A stretch of 53,897 nucleotides of DNA, filler included, from Dirinaria sp. TL-2023a (GCA_051941275.1; 4 parts of 4 records of this genome joined end to end with filler, not necessarily neighbours in it); one strand, 5' to 3'; shown: positions 14,145 to 27,282, numbered from the whole stretch's first letter. Made by a program: numbers and translations. Notes: generated from the letters alone by a model not told the origin.

Positions 14145-15585
14145 TCACTCCGCGACCTCGGGCTTATACTTAGCCCAAGCTTTCAAGTCCTCGTCAAGAT
14201 CACTCAGGTCCCTTTTCCCCTGGCGCTGGAGCGCAGACCAGTCGAAGTCAGGGTTGAACGGTGATCCATGCCGGTTGCGGAAGCAATCCCAGACATTAAA
14301 ACCATTAAGACCGCCCGCCTGATAAAACCGCATCCACTGATTAATGCGTAGACTTCCCATGATCATGCCGCGAGAATGCGATGCCCACCATGACGCATGC
14401 GTAAAGTTGTCCGAAGCCATGTCAAAATAACCTCGCATGGCCATGTAACGGCACTTGTCTCCTCCAAACTCCGAGTCCTCTTCCCATGCCTTTCCCATTA
14501 TTGCGTCCACGATCTCATCGGGATGCAGACACCATCTCAGCGCTATGAAGTGGAGGGTGGGATCAGAGCTGGACCCATTCGTTGGAAGCACATCGGTAGG
14601 TCTGCACGCTTCCATCCACTTGCTCATGATGCTCAGCGGGAAAATCTTCCTCAGGAGGAATTCGTAGACGAAGTCCCAGGTTTCAAGACTCTCAACTTGT
14701 TCCTTAAGCGATGGTCTGAAGGTGAGGCCGCCAACCGTCACTTGAGCTTTCATCCATGCGAAACGCGCCTTTTTGAGCATCTCAATCTCGCCTTGGTTGG
14801 TGACCTGGATGGAATTGGTGACTTTACGGCTCGAGACCCCAATGGAATGGAGGCAGAGGGAGCGGTGAAACTTTCTTGTAAAACCATCGCAGACCTCCGG
14901 TAGAGTCCTTTCAGACGGTGGCTTCGGGCACGCGACATTCTTGAGGCCAGGATTGACAGAATTTGCGTAAGCGGGTTGCCCAACGACGTATTGTGCTATC
15001 AAATCTCCACGGAAACGCTCGAACTCGGCGAAGATTTGAGCGTCATTGTAGAGTTCCCTGAGCAAGCGCCAACTCTGCCATCGCCCACATATTTCGCGGA
15101 TCACGTCGAACGTGACTGTCTCGCGGTTGCGCTTGGCGCGGAAACATTTGTGGAAGGCATCTTTTTGTAGTCGATGCTGGGACTCGGGGTTCGCCCCATA
15201 CTGTTCGTAGATCCGGGCGAGGTCTTGATCGACAAAGCGAAAATGGGCTACGCACACATCGTACCAGTAGACATCGGAGTTGATCTGTGATAGACGGATT
15301 AAACTTAGCTAGAGTCTCGAAGCGGCAGACACAATGCCTTTGAGCTGGTGAAAGAGAGGAGTTACAGTCACAGCAATTTTTGCTCAAAGTAGACTAGTGC
15401 GAGCAGTGCGAGACTAGGATGAGACTTACGATGATATCCCTGGCTATGTATCGTTGATTGGTGCGCTGTAGATTATAGAAGTAGATACAAGTTCTCGCTA
15501 GATCGCGAGCGTCGTCAAGATCGTTGAGATTACCGAAGATAATCAGATGGACTTCCTTGGGCAACCTGAGGATGGGTGGAGCCAT
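14145..15585 (-). CDS. F-box domain protein, ~431 aa
   Basis: Exon 1 15585-15430 (ILRLPKEVHLIIFGNLNDLDDARDLARTC, F-box pattern); intron 15429-15285 (GTAAGT..GCTAAG..CAG); exon 2 15284-14145 in frame with the 370-aa ORF. Confidence 0.8.
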
Positions 15586-16621
15586 GTCCAGGTGCTAGCT
15601 GTTACAGTCGTACTTGAGACAGGTAAGCTGGTTAGAGCCAGGCTTTGAGATGTTCCACAGTGTTCTTCGATACCACCGATACGAGGAAATAATGTGGTCT
15701 GTAAAGTGCTAATGACGATAAACAAAAGAAGTGAGGAGGGATGTTTGATTAAATAAACGCATCGACCTGTCGGAGATGTTGTTCGAAGTGCATCACTTCT
15801 CTGCATCACCGCAATTCACTTCCATCACATGTTAATATATAGGTCTGTCAAGCAACACATCCTAACACAACACTCAAAGCATAAACTGTCTTATTACCTT
15901 ATATAATTAGCACTTCAACACAAACACTAACTCATAAACACCCAAGGTTGTAAATAACATCTAACAGCACTTACTATTGAAATCGATCTAGAGGCATAAG
16001 CAGGTGCCTATGTAGGTAGGCATTAGGTGTTTGCCTGCCTGGTCGCCATGAAGACAAAGACAAATCAAGAAATTCAAAGAAACCTATCAAGCATGCATGG
16101 TAGCAAACAACGAGGCAAACATCACCTTCCGCGGAATATTCGTTTCGGCCCTATGGTAAGGCTAAGTTCCACCTTATCCAATTCAATCCCGTAATACGGA
16201 GTACCATTATACAGGTATCTTTCATATGTCTTCTGGGTCTTGAGGATTATTGAAGATGTCGCACAAAATAAACCAACATATATACAACAATTATCACCCA
16301 TCAACTGTGAGGCCCTCTTTTGGCGTAAAGTGAAAAATTGCTGTCTGACAGAAGATGACTGATAGTGTTGACGCGCATAAGTACTCAGATATATCAAACG
16401 CCGCATGTTTTTGAACCACCCACATCTTCACAGTATCTCACCTAGTCATTAATTTCATTGACATGTGTTTTGAGTGGTGATAAGCACAGATATCTTGTCA
16501 GGCTCAAAAAACAATGAACAAATACATCATTTGACTCATTTGCAGTCCTACTACAATTAACTTTGCACGGAGACAAGTGAGGGTCTTTACACAACCTTCC
16601 ACAGTCCTCATAGGGTTTTCA

Positions 16622-17679
16622 TCATCCGATATGCGTCCCATACTTTGCAAACTCCTCATCGGCCCTCAATCTTTCGAGGTCTTCATCTCTCAGACAGATC
16701 GTAACAACGATCTCGCCATCTTGCGATCTTGGCATCAAATAGACCAGACTTTCGACAGGATCAAATCGTGGTCTCCGCACCGCTTCTGGTGTTCCCAATC
16801 CAAGGCCAAAATCAAGCTCATGGCACTCGAACTTTGCCCATGAACTAAGCACCACATCCACTGAGGAGTCCAGTGTCGCTGTAGGCGAAGCGATGGATTT
16901 ATCTGACGAGCGACTGAGGAGCGTCACGAGGGCACGGGTCTTGTCACCCAGCTTTGATGTTCGGGGGTCTAAAGCTGAACGAAGCTGTGATGCAACACCG
17001 CCCAATGGCTCCTCAATCAGGTTCTGAAGCGTGTACGTAACATAAGTCATGTTCTGAACAGGGGCCGGATAGGTGGACGAAATATCCAGGTATTGCCTTA
17101 CATCGACAGCGCGGGCGAATGTGGAATCGCCTGTCTTCAGGCGGGGCAAGCGAGCGCGAGTGACAGACTGCCAAATGAAAGCGCTTAGGGTATCGTCAGT
17201 AGAGACGTAGCCCAGGGGCATGGTCATGGTCTTTGTGGCGAGTGATTTGAGAGCAGTCAGCGAGCGAGGAGGAAATGCGAAATTTGTCCAGGTACAGTTC
17301 AAAGACGACGATGGCGCCGCGTCGGTATTGCCGTCGTTTGAGTCGGGATCTGATGGTTTTGATCTCACAGCCTGACTAGCGAATTCGGACCCTTCTTCGT
17401 CAAGTAACGGGATGAGGTTGCGGCGAGCAAAGTTGGCAGATGACAGCTCTTCGCTTGTGAATTGTTCGTTGCGGCAAGCTTTGGAAAAGAGACGGATGAT
17501 GTGGACTTCGCCAGCCATGGGAAATTTGTGGACAGCCGTTCGAGACCCAATTTCAGTGTACTAACGATTTCTGAGACTGACGATGTATCGATCATTGAAA
17601 AGCAGAAGCATATCTGCGTATATAGCTTGAATAAGTACGGCGATTGTCCGAGAATGTCCAGCTCGTGGTCCAAGTCCAT
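16622..17679 (-). pseudogene. Trichothecene 3-O-acetyltransferase (TRI101/AYT1)-like BAHD acyltransferase, frameshifted and internally deleted
   Basis: N-terminal LDILGQ..KLYTQICFCF..GLERLSTNFPWLA and C-terminal IIRLFSKACRNEQFTSEEL, YVSTDDTLSAFIWQ, FARAVDVR, LSSWAK..DFGLGLGTPEAVRRP are in different frames, joined at ~17510-17517; the segment carrying the catalytic HxxxD motif is absent. Confidence 0.85.
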
Positions 17680-18469
17680 TGCCAGAGTCTGCCCTTGTAT
17701 GATAAGCTATCGAAAGCAACAAGGATGATATTACGCGGCTGCAACCGGATACTGGTAAATCGAAATGTTTTCAATGCTTTGGGGCTTGCGTTTCGAAAAG
17801 GTTCAATGGAGTAATGGAAAAAGGTTGAGAGCGCCACGAGAATCCTCTTTTTAACGCTCTTAAGTGCTCTTTAAAACTACTACCTAGGATATCGGAGAGC
17901 TTCATGCAGTGTCAGTAATTGCTTGACATCGTGTAGCATGTTAAGATAGCCATTCTGAATGCATTAGCATTTAGCTGACAACATCTAAGTGCTCTCACAT
18001 ATCTCGGTGCATCTTACACTCGATGACTGCACGTAGATCTCGACATTCAAAGACCCTTTCTAGTCGAATAATGAGACGCTGTAAGTCATCTTGCACAGTA
18101 CGCGATTGATTGTATATAGATGAGCTACTTGAGGACTCGTCTGTCAATTAGCGCTCTCGTAGCCTGGAGTCATTGTCAATGCAAGACAGATCGCAAAGTG
18201 CGGGGTCTCAAGCAACTTCCTTTCTAGTGCCAAGACTGGAGCCGAGCATACTCAGATAGTCAGTTGAGAAAACAAACGTTCTCAGGAGATGATAGTGATT
18301 GCAAGATTCAGATAAAAAACTTCCGTGTGAACAAAATAGACTGAATAGCTCTAGATGAGGCTCTTTCTCAACGAAGTTGCATTGAAGTACATACTCCACG
18401 ATGAACTTCGCGAAACGTCAGATGGACTCTTGATAACCCAATCTAGATCGTCTAACTTGGCTGGCATAG

Positions 18470-19592
18470 ATCTGTGCTCTTGTAGCGACAGTTTTGGGGG
18501 TGATCTGCGCCCGTGAGCGCATCAAGTCTGTTGCGAATGGACCTCCTCTAATCCCAGAGGTTTTCATCGCTCTGCATCTACAAACTGCGTCGCAGCCGCC
18601 AACCCTCCTTGCCACAACCTTCATTCGAATGTCGTTCTGCGTCACCCTAATCCGCCTCTTTGGTCATCAACGAAAATGGAGAATTGGCCTATGGGCAACG
18701 TTTGCACTTGCCACAGTAACAGGAATCGGAATCGCGATCGTCGTCGTTCCCCAGTGTCAACCTATCAAGAAGATATTGGCGCCCCTGACTCCTGGAAAAT
18801 GTTGGCCTCCAGGCATTGTACTGGGAATCACCGATTTTACAGGAGGTACAATCGAACGTTCGAAGTGGCGGACTTTTCGATGTTCGGTAAATTGATACTG
18901 GGAGCACCTTAGCTGGCGTATGATCGCAGTCATCTCGGTCCTAATTGATTGGGCACTTGCGACGATTCCAATCGCATTTTTGTGGAACGTGAAGATCAGC
19001 CGGAGGGCCAAATTCGGATTCTGTATCTTGATGAGCTTAGGATGTTTGTGAGTTTCCGATGAATCGCCACGATCCAAGCAAGAGACCTATAGAATTAACG
19101 CCGGCGGGACTAACCATGTATTTTCCATCCCTTAGTACCGGTGTTTGTAGAATACTCGTTACTGTCTTACTCAACAAGACCGAGAGAAACGGCGGCAGCG
19201 GCGCCATTCCTTGGAGCTTTGTCAACGCGTGCATATGGATCGGCCTCGGAGTAAACCTGGGTATGATATGTGCCTCTCTCGCCACTCTTCGTCCACTGTT
19301 TTCGAAAACCGTACGCGAGTCAAGTAAGAAGCGTTCTGCTGGCCCAACACCGAGCTATAGATATGGCTATGGACAACAGCCGTCCTCGAGGAATTTCAAG
19401 TGGAAAAGATCGTCGTCGCAACTTCTTTCAAAGAAAGACGAAGACAAGGAATATCTTAACATGGAGATGGGCTCTCTCACGCACCCAGGACCAGCTGCAA
19501 CTAACGGATTTGCACGTGGTCGGGGAGAAGGTCTTGATGCTACCGAAACCCCTGCCAGCGTGCCCAAACAAAGTGCGCATGCAATCGTTTAG
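18470..19592 (+). CDS. PTH11-like (fungal rhodopsin-domain) integral membrane protein; 5' exon not found
   Basis: Exons 18470-18845, 18930-19047, 19136-19592 give IRMSFCVTLIRLF, QCQPIKK..GKCW, ISVLIDWALATIPIAFLWNVKISRRAK..LMSLGCF, NLGMICASLATLRPLF. Acceptor TAG at 18467-18469 with branch site TCTAAC upstream. Confidence 0.75.
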
Positions 19593-19751
19593 GTGGTCAG
19601 ATAGAATTAGAAACATTACCCTAATGTAAGGCGAACTGCAGGCGGGTGGTATTCAGGTCCGTATCTGAGCGACTGAAGTCTTCCACAATCTTCAAGGGTG
19701 TGATGATCTGAGCAGCTCGCGGTCTGGATCTCTCAGCTGATGAAGATCAGT

Positions 19752-20474
19752 TTAGACGCTGTGATCTTCCACGGCTTGAGCCGCTTCTCTCGAGTCCACA
19801 CCCTTCCCCATCACGTCCGCTGCATCCCCTCCCATGATCCTTGTCAGCCTTGCGTCCTCGGCCGATGCCGGCCCTTGAAATTGATAGACTCTCCACTCGG
19901 CGTTCGCGAACGGCTGTGTTTCTGGGACCAGATACGCCAAGAACCCGCCATGTGTGACGACCACTATCGTCTGTTCCTCCCGCTTCCTGAGCCATCGCCT
20001 GACCCTTCTAGCCCGTTCCTCTAACGCTTCAGGTGTTGGTGCGTACACGCCTTTTTTCGTGTTCCAGTCTTGAGGGATGTGACTGAAGTCGAGTCCATGG
20101 TCTGAGAACTCGGCCTCGAGGACAGGAATGTCGGAGCCGGTATCGCAAGGCCATTGGTCTGCCTCTTGGAGGTCTGGATTCAGCTCCAAAGGGATGCGAG
20201 GGGAAGCAAGGCCTAAGAGGGCAGTCTGTATGGTTCGTCGGAGCGGAGAAGCTTGGATCAGGGAAGGTGTGTAGGGAAAAGAAGTGCGGAGGGTTCGGGC
20301 TTGAGCTTCGCCGAGACGTGTGAGAACCGGATCCCTGTACTTTGAATAGCTTTCTGGACATGGATCGACGTTGTGTTGCGCCTGCCAAGTTGGTTAGAAT
20401 CTGTGTTTAGCCTGCGGAGGGGTTTATAGGGGACAAACCTGCGCATGTCGCAGGCATATGATTATGGGTGCCAT
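19752..20474 (-). CDS. Histidine phosphatase / phosphoglycerate mutase-like protein, ~221 aa
   Basis: Exon 1 20474-20439 (MAPIIICLRHAQ), intron 20438-20382, exon 2 AQHN..DPVLTRLGEAQA..SPLRRTIQTA..PCDTGS..IVVVTHGGFL..FANAEWR. Confidence 0.88.
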
Positions 20475-21343
20475 GGCGTTGAGAGTACAGGATATTTAGG
20501 ATTCTTGCCGAGAAGAGAAAGCCAGCACTAAGGGGGAATGTAAGAGAGGGACTTGTAGGATCTAGGTTCCTACAGTACGAACAATGATTGTAATAGAGGG
20601 ATGATCCTTAGAATTAGGAAGTAAGGTAGAAAGGAAGATTACCTCCACTTGCACCATCGTACTTAGGTTCATATTACTTCATTAGCTAACCCTAACCTCG
20701 GTACAGAGTAAGGTACTCGTAGCTCTTATTATTATCTTATCTGATGCTCACAGCGGTCCAGCGAGCCGATGGAGCCTAGCCTCGGCTACTGTTACCGGCC
20801 TCAAGTCCACGGAAGAACCAAACAGCAGAAGCAGGTACACTTTTGCTCTGAACTAAGGTAAGGTAGGGAACAAACGACCCTTCTCACGACCCTGCATTAA
20901 TGGTCAATTCAGCCACCTCAGGCACATGAACGAATGATTTCTATAGAAAATGTATCCGAATAAGTCCGGGAAGATTGCGTGCTTCTGTCGGTGCGAATCA
21001 GCACAGCACCTCAAATGAGTGATGGGATTGCTCTTGCCGGCTAAAGATGATCCTCGCGTTTGTACGTCATAACGATGATTAATTCACCCGATAAGCCTTC
21101 ATAACAAAGCTTGATCCGGAATGTCCTCAAGTCTCTTTGGACTTCATATGCTCAAGACCTACATGGTTCGCTAAATTGCACCTGCAATGAGTGGTTCTTA
21201 CTTTCAGCAGCCCCCCCAACTTTAATGGCAGTTCCTATCCGTGCTACAATGAGTAGGAGGGACTAGCATCTTCATATTTTCCACTTCTACTTCGATTTAC
21301 ACTGTTGCTGTTCGCCCCTGGTCAGTTACCAGAAGCTCTAGCT

Positions 21344-23834
21344 ATGTGCGGCATCACAGCAGTCCTGATGCTTGCTGCCCGCTCGAAGCCGCAAGGAGCC
21401 GAAGGCTTGACGACGGTAAATGCTAATTCTCAAACCAAGCCAGCCAACGAGGATGTCTTTGAGAAAGCTGGATGCTCGCCAATCTACGCAGAGCAGCTTG
21501 CCAACAGCCTAGAGTTTCTTACCCATCGCGGTCCCGACCACAGAGGCACCTGGGTGAGCGAGGACGGTCTCATAGGTCCTCTGAACGGACAGCTCAGTCA
21601 AAGAGGGTTTAGCTGGATACTAACGATCGTGAAGGTCTCGGCAACGCTCGACTTGAGATCAATGATTTAAGCCCTACCGGCCATCAACCATTCCATAACC
21701 CCCGGAAAACCATCCAGGCTGTGGTCAATGGAGAAATATACAACCACGAGCAGCTACGGGCTGAGATGCTCGCCAAGCTGAAGTATAATTTCAAGGGTCG
21801 AAGTGATTGTGAGACCGTTGTGGCTCTGTATCAGTACTATGGCGTCTCTTTCCTTTCCAAACTTAATGGCGAGTACGCGATCTGCATCTGGGACGCTAAG
21901 CGTAAGCTTTTCATTGCTGCGAGGGATCGAAGCGGCGTAAAGCCCTTGTATTGGACTGTAGTCGATCGGAGGCTGCTGGTAGCCTCGGAGGCCAAGGCAT
22001 TCCTGCCTCTAGGATGGAAGCCAGAATGGGATGTTGGGAGTCTCGTAGACGGTGGATGGAATACGGACTCTAGGACTATCTTCAAGGACGTCCGAAAGGC
22101 AAGTCCAGGAGCGACCAAAAATTCCTTATGCTTATTGGTGCGCAGGTCCCACCAGGCCAGTACCTCACTTGCGTCGCTCACGATTATATCGATATCAAGC
22201 AATACTGGGATCTTGGATATCCCGACAAGGTCAGCTCACGCGTACTTTATGTCGCTTCAGTCTTGCCTCTGCTGGGCAGCAACACTCCTTGCACATTGAC
22301 TTACTGCTAATATACCCTGGGTAGTATGTGCAAGAGACTAGGTCTAGGGAGGAGATGATCCAAGGTGTTCGCGCAAGACTAATGGAAGCGGTGCGCATCC
22401 GCTTACAAGCAGACGTACCGGCTGGAATCTTTCTCAGTGGAGGAATCGATTCTTCGGTTATAGCTGGGATGGCCAAGGAACTCCTCGAAACTGGCAAAGC
22501 AAAGCTGGGCGCGGCTGGTGGCGGGGTGGACAAGCTTACTTGCCTCGGCGTTGCATTTGCGGAGGGTAGCGGTTATGATGAATCAGGTGAGATACCTTTC
22601 CAAATGAGGAGGGAAGACGGTAGCTGAACCAAACAGAGATTGCTGCCCGTACAGCTAAGCACTTGGGTGTCAAGTACCACAAACAACTGGTCACGGAGGA
22701 GGATCTTGCTGAGTGCTTCGAAGATGCTACCTGGATCTCGGAACAGCAGTATTTTGACCTTGGCTTTGTGGCAAAGCATGCCCTATCAGAGCTAGCTAAT
22801 CAAGTTGGTCTCAAAGTTATCTTGAACGGTACGCCCCACGGCTTTCTCACGTGGTATGCACTGTCCCTCAACATGCTGACTTGGAATCTAGGGCAAGGCG
22901 CCGATGAGTTCTTGGGCGGCTATCCTGCCTACCTACCCTCATTTCTTTCGGAGCCAGACTTGTCATGGCCAAGCACGGAATTGACCGAAGAGAAGCGAGA
23001 AGCCAAACATGCTGAAGCCCTTTCGGCTGTATCAACGAGCCGAGCGAATTCAACCGCCGAAGAGACGTTATTGACCCTGGCGCGGAATACTGTCAAGCAT
23101 GTCCCGGCCCCTGCTTACCTTAGCGTTTATGCGGAGATCGCCTTCTCGCGGTGGACTGATTGCTATGGCTCTTACAGTCCCCATCTGACTTTGGCAGAGA
23201 ACATCAACGAGCGCACCAATGCACAGATGCGCACAAGATGGCACCCGCTCAACTCTGCACTTTACAGTTGGTATAAGACCAACCTGCCAAACCTGTTGCT
23301 CACCAGCATTGGCGATCGCACAGAGATGTCGCACTCGATCGAAGGTCGCACACCGTTTCTCGACCATAATCTGGTTGAGTACGTCAACGGGGTTCCGCCG
23401 AGTCTCAAGATCAGTTATAGTGCGGACAAGGACAAGTTTACGGAGAAGTGGATCTTGCGTGAAGCCAGTAAGCCGTTCATCACACAGGAGCTATATGAAC
23501 GTAAAAAGCATGTATGTTTCCTCATCCTCTACCCATGATCAGATACCAAGGTAGAGTTAAACTAACATCGCTTCAGCCATACTCAGCACCAGTCATCCAC
23601 CCAGTTGGCGGACCTCTCCATAGCCTGATGTGTCGCCTCATCACCAAAGGCAACATTGACAACCTAGGGTTCCTCGACTGGGAGCGGACTGCGCACACGT
23701 TGCAAACAGCTTTCGCCCAGCAGGACTCGACACTGTTGGTGACGACCTTCGTGATCGCTCAATGGGTGGTACTCAGCCAACGGTTTGGCATTGCAAAAGC
23801 CATGAAGCCTGACTTGCTCCAGCCTGGCTGTTGA
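21344..23834 (+). CDS. Asparagine synthase (AsnB)-like glutamine-hydrolysing amidotransferase, probably a non-housekeeping paralog
   Basis: MCGI N-terminal nucleophile, HRGPD, VVNGEIYN, SDCE, ARDRSGVKPLY, FLSGGIDSS, NGQGADE, DRTEMSHSIEGRTPFLDH. Introns 21576-21634, 22099-22145 (GC-AG), 22230-22324, 22587-22636, 22829-22891, 23512-23576. Confidence 0.9.
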
Positions 23835-24095
23835 CATATGTCAAACTGTCTCCAACCTTTGGTATTTAGGTGGCATCAATTCCTGCGAGCATATTTTTAG
23901 GTAATTAGGATAGGTGATGCCAGGGTTAATTCCCGACTACCATTAGCTTGTATAGTCAAAAGTTAGCAATAATTTGCTTGTCGAACATCCTAGATGTGGC
24001 CAAGGAAGTGTAGAAAATAGGTGCTTCTAGCATTGAAAACGAAAAATTCATGAGCTTCAAGGTATGAATCCCCAGATAATCTATCAATGAACGTT

Positions 24096-24124
24096 CCTTA
24101 CCTTACCTTACCTTACTTTACCTA
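24096..24124. repeat. (CCTTA)n microsatellite
   Basis: ccttaccttaccttaccttactttaccta; a shorter copy at ~24524-24540. Confidence 0.85.
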
Positions 24125-24933
24125 AGGTGTCTCGATCCTTGGTAGTACTTTACTTACAGCGAGTTGGGAAAGACCTCGGTTCCTGGATTTTCTTCAAGGC
24201 GGCGTCAAGGACCGAAAGCCGACGGCCGTGGCGGTATGTATTCCGAATTTCATGGTGGCTCAGGCCAGGCGGGTGGCGTTGACGTACCTTAGGACTGCCA
24301 TGTTTCCCCGACTTTGGTGACGGAAGGATTGTGGCGCAGATATCGAGATCGTCATTTGCCAATTGCCATCATCATTATTATTATTTGTGCCAACCTCGCT
24401 TGTTGGGGGGAGAGAATAATAAGAGATTAATATTGCTCTCATTCTTCGCCAAGACAGCGCATAATTTCCTCTCAAATCGATGCACACTTGCACAGACACT
24501 AGTGAAAATTGAGAAGTGGGAAATTACCTTACCTTACCTAAGCTACCTCGGAACTGACTGGGTATGACGTGGTCGGGCCACCGAAAATCTGCACCTTCGG
24601 CTTCGAGCGGAAATCAAGGCACATGAACCAGACGCGCTTGCCAATAACAATAATGGAAAAGAATCAAGCCCATGTACGAAGACGAATAATCCTAATGCTT
24701 TCCGTTCATTATTATTATTCGTACTTGCCCTCCTTCGCCGACTGGGGCCATCACCAGCAATATCATCATCATCATCCTCCCACTTCCCACCTTCGGTCAC
24801 CACCACCACCGCTGCCTCTCCTTCCTGCCCCTTCTCACCACCACCACCCGATTCCCCGACTGCAAACCTCGTTCGCTGGTCTGTAATCTGCCATCTGCCT
24901 ATCACTATCACCTGCATCTCTCCACAAGCGACA

Positions 24934-25986
24934 ATGCCTTCCAAAGGGGGGCTCGCCTTGAAGGGCCTCGACACCTGTCTCCGCATCCTCGAGTTCCTTT
25001 GCGCCGCCCTCATCCTCGGCATCTTCTCCTGGTTCCTCGCCTACCTCCACCATCACAATCGGCATATCCCGACATGGATGAAAGCTTGCGAGGGCATGTC
25101 CGGTGGTGCCGTCATCTACACCGCCTTCGCCGTCATCTTGACCTGCTTCCTGGGCGGGATCACTTTCTTTGCTTTCTTGGCCATTCTCCTTGACATCTGT
25201 TTCATCGGATGCTTCGTCGCCATCGCCATTCTGGCGAGGGACGGTGTGCACACCGACGGTGCATACAGTCCGCTGGGGAACAGAAAAGGGCGAGACGCGA
25301 AATTGCAGACGGTAGCGTTTGCGGTCGCAATTATCGGAGCGTAAGATGCTCATCCTTCCCGTCTTCCGAACTGAAAGCGGCTGCTAACGATCAACGTTTG
25401 TAGGTTCCTCTTTCTTCTCACCGCAGCCATGGCTCTTCTCCTCAATCGCCACCACCGCAAAGAGAAGAAATACGGCCCCTCGCCGGCCAACAACTACACC
25501 TCCGGCAAAGGCCGCACCCCATTTTGGAAGCGCAAGAACAGGAAAGCGGGCAACCGCGATGCTGAAGAGCTCGGCACCATTCCCAACCTCGACAACGGCA
25601 ACGCCGTCATCGCCGAGGAGAAAGCGCGTCACAGCAGGAAGAGCGGCAACAAGTCCAGCGACGCATTCCGCACCTCGAACGAGACCGCCATGACCGGCTC
25701 GACGGCCGCGGTCCTACCGGCAGAGACCGGCTACGGCGGCGCGAACAACAAGTACAGCAGCGAAGGAACACATCCTCCACAGCGTGCTTCCGGGTATTAC
25801 TCCGCCTACCAGGCTCCACAGGCGAGTACTACCACCGCCCCGACGTCGAACACGGGTTATGGATATGTTGGGCAGGATAGCGGCGTGATCCATGATCCGA
25901 ACCCTTATGCAGAGGTCCATGGCACCGGCCATCCGCATGTGAGCGCGGAATCGAACCAGAACCACGGGACGGCGCAGTTGCCTTGA
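24934..25986 (+). CDS. MARVEL-domain four-TM membrane protein
   Basis: LRILEFLCAALILGIFSWFL plus three further hydrophobic helices; intron 25341-25403 (GTAAGA..GCTAAC..TAG); tail starting KEKKYGPSPANNYTSG. Confidence 0.82.
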
Positions 25987-26576
25987 TTATTTCATCGGGT
26001 TTGATTTTGGTAAGACGAATGCGGAACAGGGTCGTATAACTTCGGGAGGGAGAATGAATTTAGCTTCAATCACATTAATATTGCAGCCCCGAAAAAAAAA
26101 ACACCGGGAATGAGGAATGACAGGGAGGGGAACGTCACGTGGGTTTCAAGGCAAACGCACGCCTGCCTCTACTACTATAGTCAATTAATATGGTTTTATG
26201 CCCGACATGAGCGGTACATTAAAGGGGAGGGGGGGTGTTCCCAGACTTGATACTACAATACAGTACAGTACATATCATTAATCCCGTCCGTCCGACTACA
26301 TCGAGTCATCGAGACTACAGTTTCCTACTACACTACTCTTGTTCCTTCCTCAAACTTTTTTCGTTGCAATTCGCTTTCGCTTCGTAGTAGATAAGTAAAG
26401 TAAGTAAGGTAGTTTCGAGAAGAAAGAAAAAGGATTAATGCCTCGTCCTGATCGGCCCACGGATCGATCGATGAGGTACGAGTACAGTAGCCCTATTCTT
26501 CCTCGGCCTGTTTCGTGGTTCTTGTTGTTTTGTGTTGTGTGTTGTGGTGTGGATGCTGCTTTGCCCTTGTGCATAT

Positions 26577-26935
26577 TCAGTCAGTCAGTCAGTCAGTCAG
26601 TCAAGCTCTCTTTGGGCCTTTTTTGTTTGATTTTTTTTTGGATTTTTTTTTTTTTGGAGGGTTTGTGGTTTTGGTTTTGGTTTTTTGGAAAAAAAGAAAA
26701 AAAAAAAAAAAAAAACAAGGTGGGAGAGTAACGAGAAAAACGTTTTCGTAGTTACTGAAAAAACCTGGAGAGAGAGGACTATATATATACTTATCATATA
26801 TTGGGGTTTTTTTGGGGAGCAGGAGAAGGAATTTTCATTGTTGGTTGGTTGTCTGGATATATATTTACCCAAGGTAGATCGTAGACTTAGCTGCTTCGCC
26901 ATAGAAGGAGCAGGAGAAGAGGGAGAGGAGGGGGG
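26577..26935. repeat. (TCAG)6 microsatellite followed by poly-T/poly-A/GA-rich low-complexity contig end
   Basis: TCAG x6 at 26577-26600, long T and A runs at 26620-26715, purine tract before the linker. Confidence 0.85.
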
Positions 26936-27035
26936 NNNNNNNNNNNNNNNNNNNNNNNNNNNNNNNNNNNNNNNNNNNNTTAATTAATTAANNNNNNNNN
27001 NNNNNNNNNNNNNNNNNNNNNNNNNNNNNNNNNNN
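26936..27035. other. Artificial contig linker (N44-TTAATTAATTAA-N44)
   Basis: Same 100-nt spacer. Confidence 0.98.
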
Positions 27036-27282
27036 CCCCAATATACCCCCGGCCACTTCTTTCGATATGGCCAGCATAGCTGGCTGGACGCTTACACTCT
27101 CTGAACAATGTTTTTGTTTCTGGTTCTACAACTCCATCCGGGTATATGGCGTAAGGTATGTACGCTATCTTGCAAAATTTGATCCCAATGTTGGGAAAAA
27201 AGGAGAAGAAAAAAATTTGGTTTGGAGAAACCTTTGAGCCGCGCTTCAGTTCTCCATCGACGTACGTAAGTATACAGTCATT

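Noticed and set aside
20686..20697. CTAACCCTAACC as a telomerase RNA template or telomeric repeat
   Set aside because: Only two repeat units in an ~870-bp intergenic gap; filamentous-ascomycete telomerase RNAs are about 1.5-2 kb and I saw no pseudoknot or CR4/5 features.
24623..24886. His/Pro-rich uORF before the MARVEL gene
   Set aside because: Arises from CAT/CAC low-complexity repeats; no evidence it lies in the transcript.
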